A stretch of DNA of 64,000 nt. Origin: Octopus sinensis (lineage: Eukaryota). Position numbers and translations under genes: made by a program. The stretch's first letter is position 1, and each line of letters starts with the position of its first letter. Below are positions 1-13,860 of this stretch, piece after piece. The stretch covers positions 47,120,001 through 47,184,000 of the forward strand of contig NC_043008.1 of assembly GCF_006345805.1 (NCBI RefSeq), read 5' to 3'. The notes below the pieces were generated by a model. The model was not told where the DNA came from. It searched no databases and worked only from the letters and a program-made list of their open reading frames with translations.

Positions 1-785
1 TAAATGTGTAGGTATGTATGTGTATGTATAAACGTGTAGGTATGTATGTGTATGTATAAACGTGTAGGTATGTATGTGTATGTATAAACGTGTAGGTATG
101 TACATGTATGTATAAACGTGTAGGTATGTATGTGTATGTATAAATGTGTAGGTATGTATGTGTATGTATAAACGTGTAGGTATGTATGTGTATGTATAAA
201 CGTGTAGGTATGTATGTGTATGTATAAATGTTAGGTATGTACATGTATGTATAAACGTGTAGGTATGTATGTGTATGTATAAATGTGTAGGTATGTATGT
301 GTATGTATAAACGTGTAGGTATGTATGTGTATGTATAAACGTGTAGGTATGTATGTGTATGTATAAATGTGTAGGTATGTATGTGTATGTATAAACGTGT
401 AGGTATGTATGTGTATGTATAAACGTGTAGGTATGTACATGTATGTATAAACGTGTAGGTATGTATGTGTATGTATAAACGTGTAGGTATGTATGTGTAT
501 GTATAAACGTGTAGGTATGTATGTGTATGTATAAACGTGTAGGTATGTATGTGTATGTATAAACGTGTAGGTATGTACATGTATGTATAAACGTGTAGGT
601 ATGTATGTGTATGTATAAACGTGTAGGTATGTATGTGTATGTATAAACGTGTAGGTATGTATGTGTATGTATAAACGTGTAGGTATGTATGTGTATGTAT
701 AAACGTGTAGGTATGTATGTGTATGTATAAACGTGTAGGTATGTATGTGTATGTATAAACGTGTAGGTATTATGTGTATGTATAT
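1..785. repeat. 28-bp minisatellite (TAAACGTGTAGGTATGTATGTGTATGTA)n, ~28 copies, cut by window start
   Basis: Unit recurs every 28 nt with variants TAAAT.. and ..GTACAT.. Confidence 0.95.
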
Positions 786-890
786 AAACATATTGTAATT
801 CATTTTTTTTGTCACGTAGAACATTAAGGCATTTCCTGCACCTTCTCGGGAAGAATAACGTTACAAATGTTAACGTATACATCTTCATAT

Positions 891-1122
891 CTATTTCTAT
901 ACTACCCACAAGGGGTTGAACACAGAGAGGACAAACAAGGACAGACAAAGGGATTAATTCTATTACATCGACCCCAGTCCGTAACTGGTACTTAATTTAT
1001 CGATCCCGAAAGGATGAAAGGCAGAGTCGACCTCCGCGGAATTTGAACTCAGAACGTAACGGCAGACGAAATACGGCTCCGCATTTCCCCCGGCGTGCTA
1101 ACGTTTCTGCCAGCTCGCCGCC
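891..1122 (-). mobile_element. tRNA-derived SINE, near full length (family S1)
   Basis: Minus strand: GGCGAGCTGGCAGAAACGTTAGC (A-box-like), GAGTTCAAATTCC (B box), core GCCTTTCATCCTTTCGGGATCGATAAATTAAGTACCAG; many related copies in the window. Confidence 0.9.
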
Positions 1123-1916
1123 ATTAACCTCGCATACCATTAACCTCTCGCTGAACTGCGCCTGGTTTGGGTTGTTACCACATTGTGTTGGGTAGAAATA
1201 AAGTAGGACCGAATTTAATGACTGTGGATGTCACTCAGGCAATGATACTTTTTTTCAATGTAAGATATGATGTTCTCAGCTATGTGATTATTTTCATTAT
1301 TTATTGAATTAGCATCAGCGCCCTCTTCTCTGTGCTCTTTCAACATTCACACTTACATTTAACGAGCTATATATTCTGAGCTTTATAATCATTTTCTTTA
1401 CTGTGAAATCGTTGTTTCGTTGCTCAAAGTTTTACTTTTCCTTCGTATTCCATGTTTATATGGAAATTTGTAACAGTGAATGGGTGTCATATAAACTTCC
1501 GGGCTTCCACTTCAAAACTTTCAGCATCAGAATCAAATTGGTAAATAATATTCCATAACTGGAAGTATTTTGAAAACTTTACCTGAAAGAGGTTAGTTGC
1601 CAATAAAATGTTGTTTTGAAAATTTTAGTTTTTTTGTGTTTTATCATTGGTTTTAGTGTGAAGTTAATTATAACCATATTGGTGAGGTATTTACCTGGTT
1701 TGTTAGGGATGATTATAGGTTGTCATGTGTCTCTGCACGGAACACAACATGATCCATTCAACCATAACAAAGGGATCGTGCGAATAATGACATTTAAAAA
1801 AATGGTATTTAACAGAATCCGGAGGAATTTTTAAATATGTTCAAGTAACATGAAAAATCCTGGAAGCGAATAAAATACAACTATATATATATATATATAT
1901 ATATTTAAATATACAT

Positions 1917-1963
<47 letters not shown>

Positions 1964-2066
1964 TATATCTATATATATATATATATTTAGATATATATAC
2001 ACACATATATACCCACACATATACATAAAAATATATGTGAATGTATATGTATTTATGTATACATAT

Positions 2067-2116
<50 letters not shown>

Positions 2117-2596
2117 TGTATGAAATGTTTGTGTCTATGTATACAGTTAAAAGGATAATTTACAATATGTAATCCCATTTGTGTTCTATTATTTTGATGA
2201 ACACAGAGAAAACAAACAGATTTATTGAGATGGCACCGCAATATTCACTCATATAAAACTGATAAGTGAACATTGATTTATTAAGTACGGAAAAATGGCC
2301 AGCAGTAATATATTTGATAAAACGTATTGATAACGAAAATCTGCAAATTGTAAAAGACAAGATGGGGATAGGGAAACGGTGTTCCACCAGATAGAATATA
2401 TTACTTTCCAATAAAATATTTTAATACATAAAAGTGTATAATCCTAAAGGGATTAATTACTAAGTGACCGTGAAAGAATTATTGATGCGAAATATAGTGA
2501 ATCAGTGAAAATATTTACTTTTATAATCGCCGAAGATATTTCAATCAGACACTTATGCTGTATTTATGTTCGCAAACACACACTCACACACAGAGG

Positions 2597-2637
<41 letters not shown>

Positions 2638-2689
2638 GTGTATGTACATACATATATTATAAGTTTGAAAGCCGAAAATATTTCGGCAG

Positions 2690-2855
2690 CGGGGAGGCAA
2701 GTTGATTGTATCGACCTCACTGTTTAACTGGTACTTATTTTATCAACCCCTAAATAATGAATGGCAAAGTCAACATCGAAGTTTGAACTCAGGACGTAAA
2801 AAGGATTGCTAATCATTTTGCCCAGCGTGGTAACGTTTCTGCCAACACGTTGCCC
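2690..2855 (-). mobile_element. SINE S1, diverged copy
   Basis: Contains CTGGTACTTATTTTATCAACCCC, TTTGAACTCAG and AACGTTTCTGCCA, matching 891-1122. Confidence 0.8.
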
Positions 2856-2869
2856 TCAATAAGACAGGG

Positions 2870-3012
2870 AGACAGACAGACAGAGAGAGACAGACAGATA
2901 GATTGACAGATAGATAGACAGATAGATAGACAGATGGATAGGCAGATAGATAGAAAGATAGATAGATAGACAGATAGACAGGTTATAGACAGATTGATAG
3001 ACAGATAGACAC
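2870..3012. repeat. (GACA/GATA)n tetranucleotide microsatellite
   Basis: Seen directly. Confidence 0.9.
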
Positions 3013-3363
3013 ATATATTTTGTTACACCGTATATATTAGCGCTACCTTATCAATTGAATGATGCCTTGAAAATAGCGTGCGATTGTACCTATAACTATT
3101 ATATGTGGGAGGAAGCTTATTGTGGCCAAATGATGTAGGCGTTTGTTCTTATTGCTTCGTATCCCGACATCCTATTTGGTTAGATTTTTATATCATTAAA
3201 ATTGTGTGCAAGATAATTGCGTGGGTTTCCCTCCCGTGGAAGTGATCGTATGTATGCATATTTATACATGTGGAAAACATGTAGATTCGTATACGTACAT
3301 GTACACCTATACTTATACATAAGTATTAGCTCACATACATATATGCTTAAATGTATGTGTGTG

Positions 3364-3394
<31 letters not shown>

Positions 3395-6144
3395 ACATGC
3401 ATGCATGTGTGCGCGTTTGTGCGTTTGCGCGCGTGGGCAAATAAACTTCTTAGAAACCAGATAAATTAAAATAAGTGAGGGCAGAACTCGAGTATCAGCC
3501 TAATGAAACCTTTATAAGTAAACTTGTATTTGTTATTATTATTTTTTTTCTGAATAGTAGGTTTAATATGGAAACTAAAACACGGATTGCACTGCAGAAC
3601 ATACTCGGTATCATAGCGATTATATATATGCGTGTGGGGGTGTATGGGTGTCTGCATTACGTTTTCAGATATATCCTGCAGCAAAATATATACATATATG
3701 CATATATATATATATATATCCTTTTTCTATAACGATGTATAGAAGGTGGTATATATTGAACCATAATAATCATGACACATTTCAGGCGGTATGTTTTGTC
3801 ACGATTTCTTTTTCAGAAAATTATTGTACATTGAAAATGGGGTTTGGCTCCTATACCACGTATTATACACATCTGTAACCGAAGGCCTTACTAATATTTT
3901 CCTCAAATTCTAACAATGACAAACTCATAAACTAATTTCCTAACTCACTGTCAACCTCGTGAAAGAAAATATTTTGCCTTTTCTGCTGATTGTGCAATAT
4001 TAAAAAAAATGCTAGAAACTAATTTAATTTTAAATTTATATACATTTCAATATGAAATCTTTTCTTAGCATATATAATAGTATCGCACTTTTCTTTGCAT
4101 ATTTCCAAATAACAAGGCAAGCTAGGGAATGCTTTATGTACAGAATATTCTCAGAAAAATGTGATAAATTTTGTATTTACACAAATAAATATCACATTTG
4201 GATGCCTGCATTTTTGAGCGCTTCCTAATTTCTTTTCTTTTTGGTTGGTCGCGAAAAATGTTTATACCTCTTTGTAAGATTTCCTATTTTTAAAAGCCTT
4301 CTTGAAGTAACAATAGATCAGTTTTGGTCGACCTCAGCTTACTCAATGTAAGACATTTTCTCCCTTGTCTTTTCTGCTATCAACACATTACAAGTCACTG
4401 ATTTCCTGAAGCTTTCTTAGAAATCTTATATTATTATCTTTTATCGAAAGTATGATATAAATAGTTAAATCATATTTAAATTAAGCAATTTCGCAAGACA
4501 TCTTTTACCACATATTACAATACATTTCTGTAAAATTGCAATCAGTTTCTAATGTTGAAACAGAAAATTTATCTTTCGAGTGCATGGAGAAATGTATGGT
4601 TCAAGCTGTGCGCCTTGTGATTATGTCTACCTTCAATAATTTCTAAAATTGTACGAGGGAAAAAAAAGATAGAAACGCAAATGTGTTGGCGCTTATTGTT
4701 TAATATTCAAAGATTGCTTACGTTCATACATTTATCATAAAATTATCAATGTCTGTCACCGGAGTAAGTTATTTCATTGACGCTTTTAAAGCAGTTTAGA
4801 AATTATCTTGTACACTTACATTGACATATTTGATTAAATTAAACATATTAATTTATAACAAAGGGAAATTTAAATACACTGAGAGAGTACTTAAATTTAA
4901 GTCGTGTCGCACATTGCTTTTGTTTGTTTGTTCGTTTTTTTTTTAAATTTAGAAACTTTGGTTATCGGAAATTTAGTCGAAAGAATTAATGAGAAAATCA
5001 TCACACAATATGTTTCATTTTTAATTTGATAAACTTAGTGAGACAACAATTAATACATGCTTTCATAATTAATTAGTTTTTGTTAAATGAATATAAGTAA
5101 GTTTCATATTGACACAATGACCGTGATTCTCATTTATGTAAGTGCTTCTAACAAAACGAATTTATACCATGTTTTAATATCATGTAAAAACTGGAATCTC
5201 CAGTCATAAATATCCCTGATTAGATACTCGGTACCCTACACCTTACGTGTTATATTAAATGATGAAAGATGATGGCCACTAACTGCCTCATTTTCATGAA
5301 TTGTTCATTATCTTTAACGCGTAACTTACTATGTCTGTCTCGCAAATTTAAACTAAACTACCATCATTCAATTCCTAACTGATATTTTTAGAAATGCCTA
5401 AAATATACTGTGCAATAATTATGTAAAATAATATTTTCTATTAGCGCAATAACAGCCTCAGCTCATCACATTCTTCCAAGTGTATGCAATTAGAAACTGA
5501 AATTTCTACATTGCATGTCCTTGAAAGTCTTCACCAGATAATGAATTCTTTCCTAAAATATCTTCCTTCCCAGAACTGCTTTTTCGAAAAATTATTTCGT
5601 TTTCAAATCTATGTAAAACAAACCTACAGACGTTAGTCATTATCAGCAAGATATTTGGACTGTCTAGTTTCGGAATTACTCGAAGAACTACACACACCGC
5701 CTTTCATTCTAAACACATTCTTATTAAAGTTACTAACTATTACGTTTATCAATTGTGAAAGAATCTCGATATCATCAATCAATCATTTTTTGATGTAATT
5801 CAATTTATAAAATGCACATTAACTATCGAAGAATTGCTCACACTAATTCTTCGAACAGTTGCCTGTTCTCTCATGAATTTCTCTGTAATTTGAGCTCCAT
5901 TTTAATTCACAGAAACGAACAGTCTCACATGCTGTTCGGAAGAAACAATCTAAATTTAAATGTAAAACTGACTTTTTCTATATTGCATATGAACGGATAT
6001 TGTTGTAGCACTGAATATTGGAACTATAAAAATATTGGACCATTGAAATTCTTTCTATTAAATAATGCTGACGTTTTTGGTCTACGAATAATATTAATTA
6101 ATATCAAAATAAGAAACAACAGTGAATTGACTTCCATTTTTAAT

Positions 6145-6550
6145 GTGGCAAGCTGGCAGAATCGTTAGCACGCCGGACAAAAGGCTTAGTGGTATTTCGT
6201 CCGTCTTAATGTTTCGTGTTCAAATGACATCGAGTTCGACTTTGTTCTTCACTTTTTCGTGTCGATAAAATAAGTACCAGCTGACTACTGGGGTCCATGT
6301 AACATACTCTCTCCTCCAAAATTGCTGGACTTGTGCAACAAATTTTAAGCCACCGTTTATTTGTCCTTATATGGCGGTGATCTGGCAGAATCCTTACCAC
6401 ACCGATAAAATTCTTTGCAACATTTCTTCAGACATTAATTTCTAAGTCCAAATACCACCGATGTATTAATTGAGTGCTGGGGTCGATATAATCGACTTAA
6501 ATAATTCCCTAGAAATTGCTGGTCTTCTGCCAAACCTTGGAAGCAATATT
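6145..6550 (+). mobile_element. Two consecutive SINE S1-type copies (second internally deleted)
   Basis: GGCAAGCTGGCAGAATCGTTAGCACGCCGG head, GTCGATAAAATAAGTACCAG core; second head GGTGATCTGGCAGAATCC near 6375 and CTGGGGTCGATATAATCGAC near 6480. Confidence 0.75.
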
Positions 6551-7579
6551 TATTGTTATTCATGCTTGCTTTTATTCATCTTACCAAAGTGTTGTCATGG
6601 ATAGGTATGAATAGCGAATGTTTGTTTCGTAAAACAAACACATAATTATCATTACAAACATGCACCCACATTCTCATCTAATATATTAGTCGTGATAATT
6701 AGCTAAATTGCATCATTTATGATATGAATACTACTTGTCAAATCATAATTTATTATTTGTTTAATCTAATTAAATAATGAAAGAGTTAACATATTAGAAT
6801 GATTATAAGAAATGCAACCACAAAATCACAAAATCACGTTTCATTCGTTAACATTAGCTCCGTTGTTAACAAATTATTACAACTGGTTATGTTAATAATT
6901 TCTACTGTAAACATTGGTTTAATTTGCTGGTTTAGCAATTTGGGGTTACTTCTAAACATAATGATGATATTTCAGTTTGCTACTTCCTAAAACTTATCGA
7001 AATTTTATGCAGCTGAATTTTCGCAATTAACCACCTGCTCATGAATCATTAATAACAAATCCATCCGGTCATGAAGTGTTCCCCAGAGTAAATTGCTGCT
7101 ATATGAATAAACGATATTTCTTATTTTATTGGATACTCTTTCTTGTAGACTTTCACATCCAAAGTTAAGTGTCTCGTACAAAGTATATAGCAATGTATTA
7201 GTGTTACTAACTTGCGATCTTCAACGTAGTTGTTAAAAGTGTGACTAACTTTCATTGGTAGAATTGGAATTTGGGGTTGATTGTAGCATTGCGTTTCGTT
7301 TATTTGTTATTTGTGTTCCAGCCTAGTAATCTAATTTTTTTTTAAATTTCTTTTTATAAACCGTGATTTTGTGAGAAATATACATAAAATATATAATGAT
7401 GAAATTTATACACAATATGTATGAATTTACCACATAAAATATGTTATGCATTTAAATATGTATTATACGAATAAAACAAAGAACGAAAATGCTTCCAAAC
7501 ATCAGTTAATACAGACACATACACACACACACACGTGCATTTATTCATATACATACATTCACAAATATATATACGTGCA

Positions 7580-7669
<90 letters not shown>

Positions 7670-8279
7670 TGTGTGTGTTTGTGTGTGTCTGCTTGTATGT
7701 GGGCATAATAAAATTTGTAATGATTATCTGTTGAATAACATCTAAACCGTTATTAAAATATATGAACCGTAATTGAAATACGTAATATATATTAAAAAGA
7801 TGAAGGTTAATTTACGTGCTGTTTACCATTCACATACTTGAGCATAGGAATGGAATGAAATGAAACTATAATTTACGAATGGGAAAATATATTAAAGAAG
7901 AATTTTTAGTGAATTTTCAATTGTATAATAAAAATGATAGAACTTTTCCATTTCACTTACGAGATCTCAAATATAATTAGCGAAGCTATTAGAACAGAAC
8001 CAAAAGATGTTATTTACCATATGAATAATTATGTAGTTGTTACGTTGGTTAGACTAAGAAGTCATTTATTCGTGGGTGGAAAAGTTAAAGAATATAAATG
8101 ATGTTTCGTGGAATGGATACCGGAATGGCCGTCAAGTCAGTTGTTAAAGCAATGCAGATGTAATATGGAGGCGAATACAAGGAAAATATGGAGGAAAGTC
8201 GATTGAGTATAAACAGGAGGGGGTCGGAGGGGTAAAAGATGTAGGATGAGGAGGGAAGGGGAGGAAGTGTGGGAAGCGG

Positions 8280-8580
8280 AGAAGAAGAAGTGAAGAAGAA
8301 GAAGAAGAATTAGAAGAAGAAGAAGAAGAAGAAGAAGAAGAAGAAATCAAGAAGAAGAAGAAGAAATCAAGAAGAAGAAGAAGAAGAAATGAAGAAGAAG
8401 AAGAAGAAGAAGAAATCAAGAAGAAGAAGAAGAAATGAAGAAGAAGAAGAAGAAGAAGAAGAAATCAAGAAGAAGAAGAAGAAGAAATGAAGAAGAAGAA
8501 GAAGAAGAAGAGAAGAAGAAGAAGAAGAAGAAGAAGAAGAAGAAGAAGAAGAAGAAGAAGAAGAAGAAGAAGAAGAAGAA
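8280..8580. repeat. Compound (GAA)n array with periodic GAAAT(C/G)AA interruptions
   Basis: Seen directly; a second (GAA)n lies at ~11775-11848. Confidence 0.95.
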
Positions 8581-8964
8581 CGGCTTTTGATTTAGGCACA
8601 ATGTTGAGGGTGTTACATTTTATCGACAATATGGGGATGAAGGTAAAGCTTCCCTTCAGAAAGTGGATTAGTAGATGTGATAGCGGATTAGTAGACGTGA
8701 CAATGGATTAGATGTTCGAGTAGTTGACTACTCTTTTGGTTAATTAACTCTAGAGGAATGGGAGGCAACGCAGATATGATGCTAAATGCCAATGGTGAGA
8801 GCCAGCTGTCATATTTCTCTCTCTCTCTTCTCCTAATGAACACCTTGCCAAAGAGTATTGTAAAATTTGCAAATAATATTCGTGAGTGGTGTGGAGATTA
8901 CTAAGTAGAGCTGGTTAGAAGTCTTACTATGAAAATATCTGCAATATCGGCCTTTTGTTTATCT

Positions 8965-9460
8965 TTGTGTTCAAGTTTGTCCAATGTCGACTTTAACATC
9001 CATCCTTTCGGGGTCGATATAATAAGTACCAGCTGTACACAGGGTTCATGTAATCGACTTATCATATGCCCCGAAATTACTGGCCCTGTGCCAGAATTTT
9101 AAAGTAATACTCTTCTACTTAGTTACAAGGCCCGAAATTTTGGGGGAGGTGGGGTCAGTCGATTAGATCGACCCCAGTGCGCAACTGGTACTTCATTTAT
9201 CGGCCCCGAAAGAATGAAAGACAAAGTCGACTTCGGTAGAATTTGAACTCAGTACGTAAAGACAGACGAAAAATTTGAAAATAATATTCTTTTCTACTCT
9301 AGGCACAAGGACCGCAATTTTGAGGCAGAGGGTCAGTCGATTAGATCGACCCCAGTACGCAACTGGTTCTTCATTTATCGACCCCGAAAGGATTAAAGAC
9401 AAAGTCGACCTCGGCAGAATTTGAACCCAGAACGTAAAGACACGAAAAGTTTGAAACTAA
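8965..9460. mobile_element. SINE cluster: one + copy (8965-9105) and two tandem - copies (~9110-9290, ~9291-9460)
   Basis: CATCCTTTCGGGGTCGAT core on +; ATCGACCCCAG..CTGGT.CTTCATTTATCG..CCCGAAAG..GTCGAC.TCGG.AGAATTTGAAC present twice on -. Confidence 0.85.
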
Positions 9461-9801
9461 TATTAAAATACTTCTGTGGGGCGTTCTGCAAACGAAGTAG
9501 ACTAGAAATTTTCAACACAATATATTCTTTATGTTAAGTGTTACCCATGTGTGTGTACATATGTAAGTGTGTGAATCCATAGTGTGTGAATCCATAGTGG
9601 TGTGTATGAGTAAAGCTAACTGCATGGAACCTGTACGTGTAGGAGCTTTTGAATATCGCAACTGAATGATGCGCAAACATACTCACAGATACACCTGCAT
9701 CTATACATAGTTTAATACGTATAAGTGTGCGTGTGTCTGTGTAGACAGAGTGGGGAGAGAGTTAGAGAGAGGGAAACGTTGGGAGAGATGGAAAGTGTAT
9801 G

Positions 9802-9833
<32 letters not shown>

Positions 9834-12019
9834 CGTGATAAAGCCATGGTGATATAGATATACGTTATCGATCGCACACATTAAATAATCGCTAAATTTT
9901 GTTCGAGGCTGTCATCTCTTGAGTAACTGTATATATAAATGTGGAATGTTAATTCAAGCGAGTGGAACACTTAAAAAAAGTTATTCATCGATGAATTCGA
10001 TGAGAAAAGAACAAATATTTACGAAACAGATCGAAAGAAAGCATTGAGAAGAAGAGAACGAGAAATAAAAGATGAAAATGTCATAACATGCATATTGATT
10101 CCAAAACAGAAACTGTTTCAATCGCTGTTTCAGAATATTTTGTTTAGCGTTGTTGTATATTTTTCAGAGTAAATCAAATATTTCATCCTTCACTTAGATT
10201 GTTGACAGTTCAGATCCCCGACCCAAATGCAGATAACTAAAATATGAAGACGAGGGCTAAAACAAAAATATAAGGCATTTTGTAAAAATGATATTCTCTG
10301 TGGTTAAAAGCCCTGGCAAATCTTATAATCACTTTGATATAATGCAAATATTAACGGATGCGTGTAAATTTACCTTTATATAAATACATGTTACAGTACC
10401 TTAGTTCCGGACCCCCGTGTATGTAGTACCCAATAAAGCATTTCAGTGATATGACTATTTTAGTCTAAAGACTGTTATTGTATCTCGCACTATAAATACT
10501 AAATCTTCCAATCAGGAAAACCTTAATCCACTTAATATCAATGATTTCCAAAACAAGGGTGAAAAGTTCTTTGAAACCAATAAACTTACAGAAATAAACT
10601 AATATAAAAGAAGACCTGCAATGAAAGACAGAACAATTCACTCAGATTTAGAGCCGGAAGAAAAAAAGGGGTTAGAAATAACTTTGTCTTCATAGCAGTT
10701 CTTTAACAACGGGCAGTCAGAAGCAATTCTTTAACACCCATGTATATATCTTGATTACCAGAGCCATACTAATATGTTTTCTGGTCATGACTATCATTGA
10801 ACTTCAATTATCCATTTTAGAGCTACAACAGGGAATGAGTTCCTTCGTTTTCAAAACGATACAGTGAAACACGAGAAGAATTTGGCTGCTATTTCTAGCA
10901 TCTCAGCAAGCCGATAAAGGCTTAGTTCGTTAGGTTAATTTTTATTCTAAAACTAATTTATAACTATGTTATCTGTCATTCTCGTCGTCCTGTTCCTACC
11001 CATCAATTCTTTCTGTTCGGACAATATAAATAACCACGGTAACATATGAAAATTTATCTGTCCCAGGCTTCGCTAAGAGAATCAGAATTTTCTTTAGTTG
11101 TCCCCTCATTGAGTGTTTGATCCCATACGACACAGAGTTCGTTTTTTTTTTTTCTATTTTTCCTTAACTTTCTCTTCATTGGACCAAATACATTGGAAGT
11201 AGCAGATCGGAAAGTGTCCATACAGGATCATTGTGTGTATGGAAGCATGAATACATGTGGATAACAGAGAGATGACAATATGCTCAGAAGTACTTTTGAA
11301 AGACATGAAGAATTGAGGCCGCTTGTAAAATATATAGTTAAATATAAGTTGGACTATTTGAAAACGAAATTTTTCATGACTGAAACAGTCAATGTGTATT
11401 GAATGTGTGATGAAAATCTAGAGTGAAGAAAATGTGGTGTGACAGAGGAGAATAAATAAAAGCAAAGTTGATGATATAAAAATAGATACAGATACATAGC
11501 TGTATAAATTGATAAAGAGAGATCGAGTTTTAAATGGAAGTTGTTTCCTTTATTTCATAAGAAAGTAGAAGCTAATACAGGGATAAAATTTACTGGGGAT
11601 GGAAGCGAAAACACGTATATAAAGTTAATGGTAAAGTTGCAAATACAGGAAATGGTGTAAATAGTGTAATTATAAAAATAGGACGCTATAAAACGGTCGG
11701 AAGATAAATATCAGCAGTCCTTGAGGTTGTAGAAAGAGGGGGGGGACAAAGATCTAAATAGGTTATTGTACCTAGAAGAAGAAGAAGAAGAAGAAGAAGA
11801 AGAAGAAGAAGAAGAAGAAGAAGAAGAAGAAAGAAGAAGAAGAAGAATTGGAAAGGGAGTTAGATGTGTTAGCTGTCCAAATGATAAGTAAATGAAATGA
11901 GGTGAGACAGTGGACTGTAGGAGATACTTTAGTAAGTGGTATATCTGGAAACGTTATCTGCAGGGTTTAGGGATAAATATACATAAAAAAGTAATAAAAT
12001 AAGATTATGAGATTAAATA

Positions 12020-12053
<34 letters not shown>

Positions 12054-12078
12054 TATATATATATATATATTATATATA

Positions 12079-12112
<34 letters not shown>

Positions 12113-12254
12113 TACTAATTAAGACGGGTTAGTTAAAAAGAAATATAAATAAAATAGTTTAGGTAAATATGTATGCCTATATATATATGTGTGTGTGTAT
12201 GTGTGTGTGTGTATGTGTGTGTTTGTATTTGTGTGTGTGGGTGTGTGTGGAGAT

Positions 12255-12540
12255 GCAATGGCCCAGGAATTAGGGCAGCGGATTCGCGGTCGTAGGAACG
12301 CGGTTTCGATTCCCAGACCGGGCGTTGTGAGTGTTTAGTGACCGAAATCACATAAAACTCCACGAGGCTCCGGCAGGGGGCTGGGGTGATCCCTGCTCTA
12401 CTCTTTCGTCTCAACTTTCTCTCACTCTTTCTTCTGTTCGCCTGCTCGCTTAGCCGGCGGGGTGGCGTCATTTGAAGGCTAAAACAATGCGAGGTGTATC
12501 AACATCTGATAGCCTGGTCGGTCATGGTGATCACGGTGAT
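12255..12540 (+). mobile_element. tRNA-derived SINE, second family
   Basis: TGGCCCAGG..TTAGGGC (A-box-like) and GGTTTCGATTCC (B-box-like), followed by a non-tRNA body. Confidence 0.7.
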
Positions 12541-12557
12541 ATATATACACACACACA

Positions 12558-12758
12558 CTTTTATTAAAAAGCAGTAAAAAGATCGCAAAACCTGTTACTC
12601 AGAGTGTCACGGTCCGTCCGACGGATGGGAACGTGAAACTGAGTAACAGTTTTTTTGATATTTTAGCTGCTTTTTATTAAAAGCATATTACACTACCTCT
12701 AGTATTCGAGTACTATTTTTACCAACATATTTCGCCTCTATGTGCGTACTCTGGTGTA
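12558..12758. mobile_element. Fold-back pair of Penelope-like element termini with degenerate hammerhead-like motifs
   Basis: Inverted arms 12558-12618 / 12622-12683; right arm continues into sequence homologous to 54600-54705. Confidence 0.55.
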
Positions 12759-12759
12759 T

Positions 12760-13040
<281 letters not shown>

Positions 13041-13042
<2 letters not shown>

Positions 13043-13120
13043 CGCGGAGGAGTTCAGGGGTAAACGTGCCGAAGGAAAAGCTTTTCCTTCGGCACGTTTA
13101 CCCCTGAACTCCTCCGCGTT
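13041..13120. repeat. Perfect 80-bp spacerless palindrome
   Basis: 13041-13080 is the exact reverse complement of 13081-13120, centred on AAGCTT. Confidence 0.97.
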
Positions 13121-13695
13121 CCTCCGTTCACACAATTGCTCTGTTTTTTTCACATCTCCCGCCATTATCTGTTTCACCACTTCATCACTCTTTAACAACC
13201 AGTTTGTTCCAACCCAAGCAATAAAACACCTTCAAACGCTTTTATTGCTTTCACATAAAGCAGAAGCGAAGCGCTACCACGTACACTCCTCGCATCAATT
13301 AAACTTATCGATTCCTTTTTTCCAGCTCAGTTTTATTCATATCGAAGAAGAGCTTATACTTTATCCATGGTATTAATAGCATTGCAAAGAAGTTGTAGAA
13401 CAATGAGCAAAATTTATGAAGGTATACATTTTCTCTGAAGTAATTGCCAATAAGTATTGGAGCCATCCATAATCGAAATGAACGAGCATTTTACCTTCCC
13501 AAATATGAAAAATATGTCAAATTGCATTCGAAGAAAGTAAAAAGCAGGTAATACATGACAACCTCGAACAGCATTCATGTGACTAATTCCGGACCGAATA
13601 CTGAATTCTGCAAACGAAACATGAATTCCAAAATGGCCTACCAATTCCGAAACGCCGTTTGTAACGTATATGTAAATATACATGTATCCAGCACA

Positions 13696-13791
<96 letters not shown>

Positions 13792-13860
13792 TGTATTTCG
13801 GGATCGTCATTCTTTTCTTTTTGCCAAATGAACACACGCACGTTATAATTTCTCTTCACA

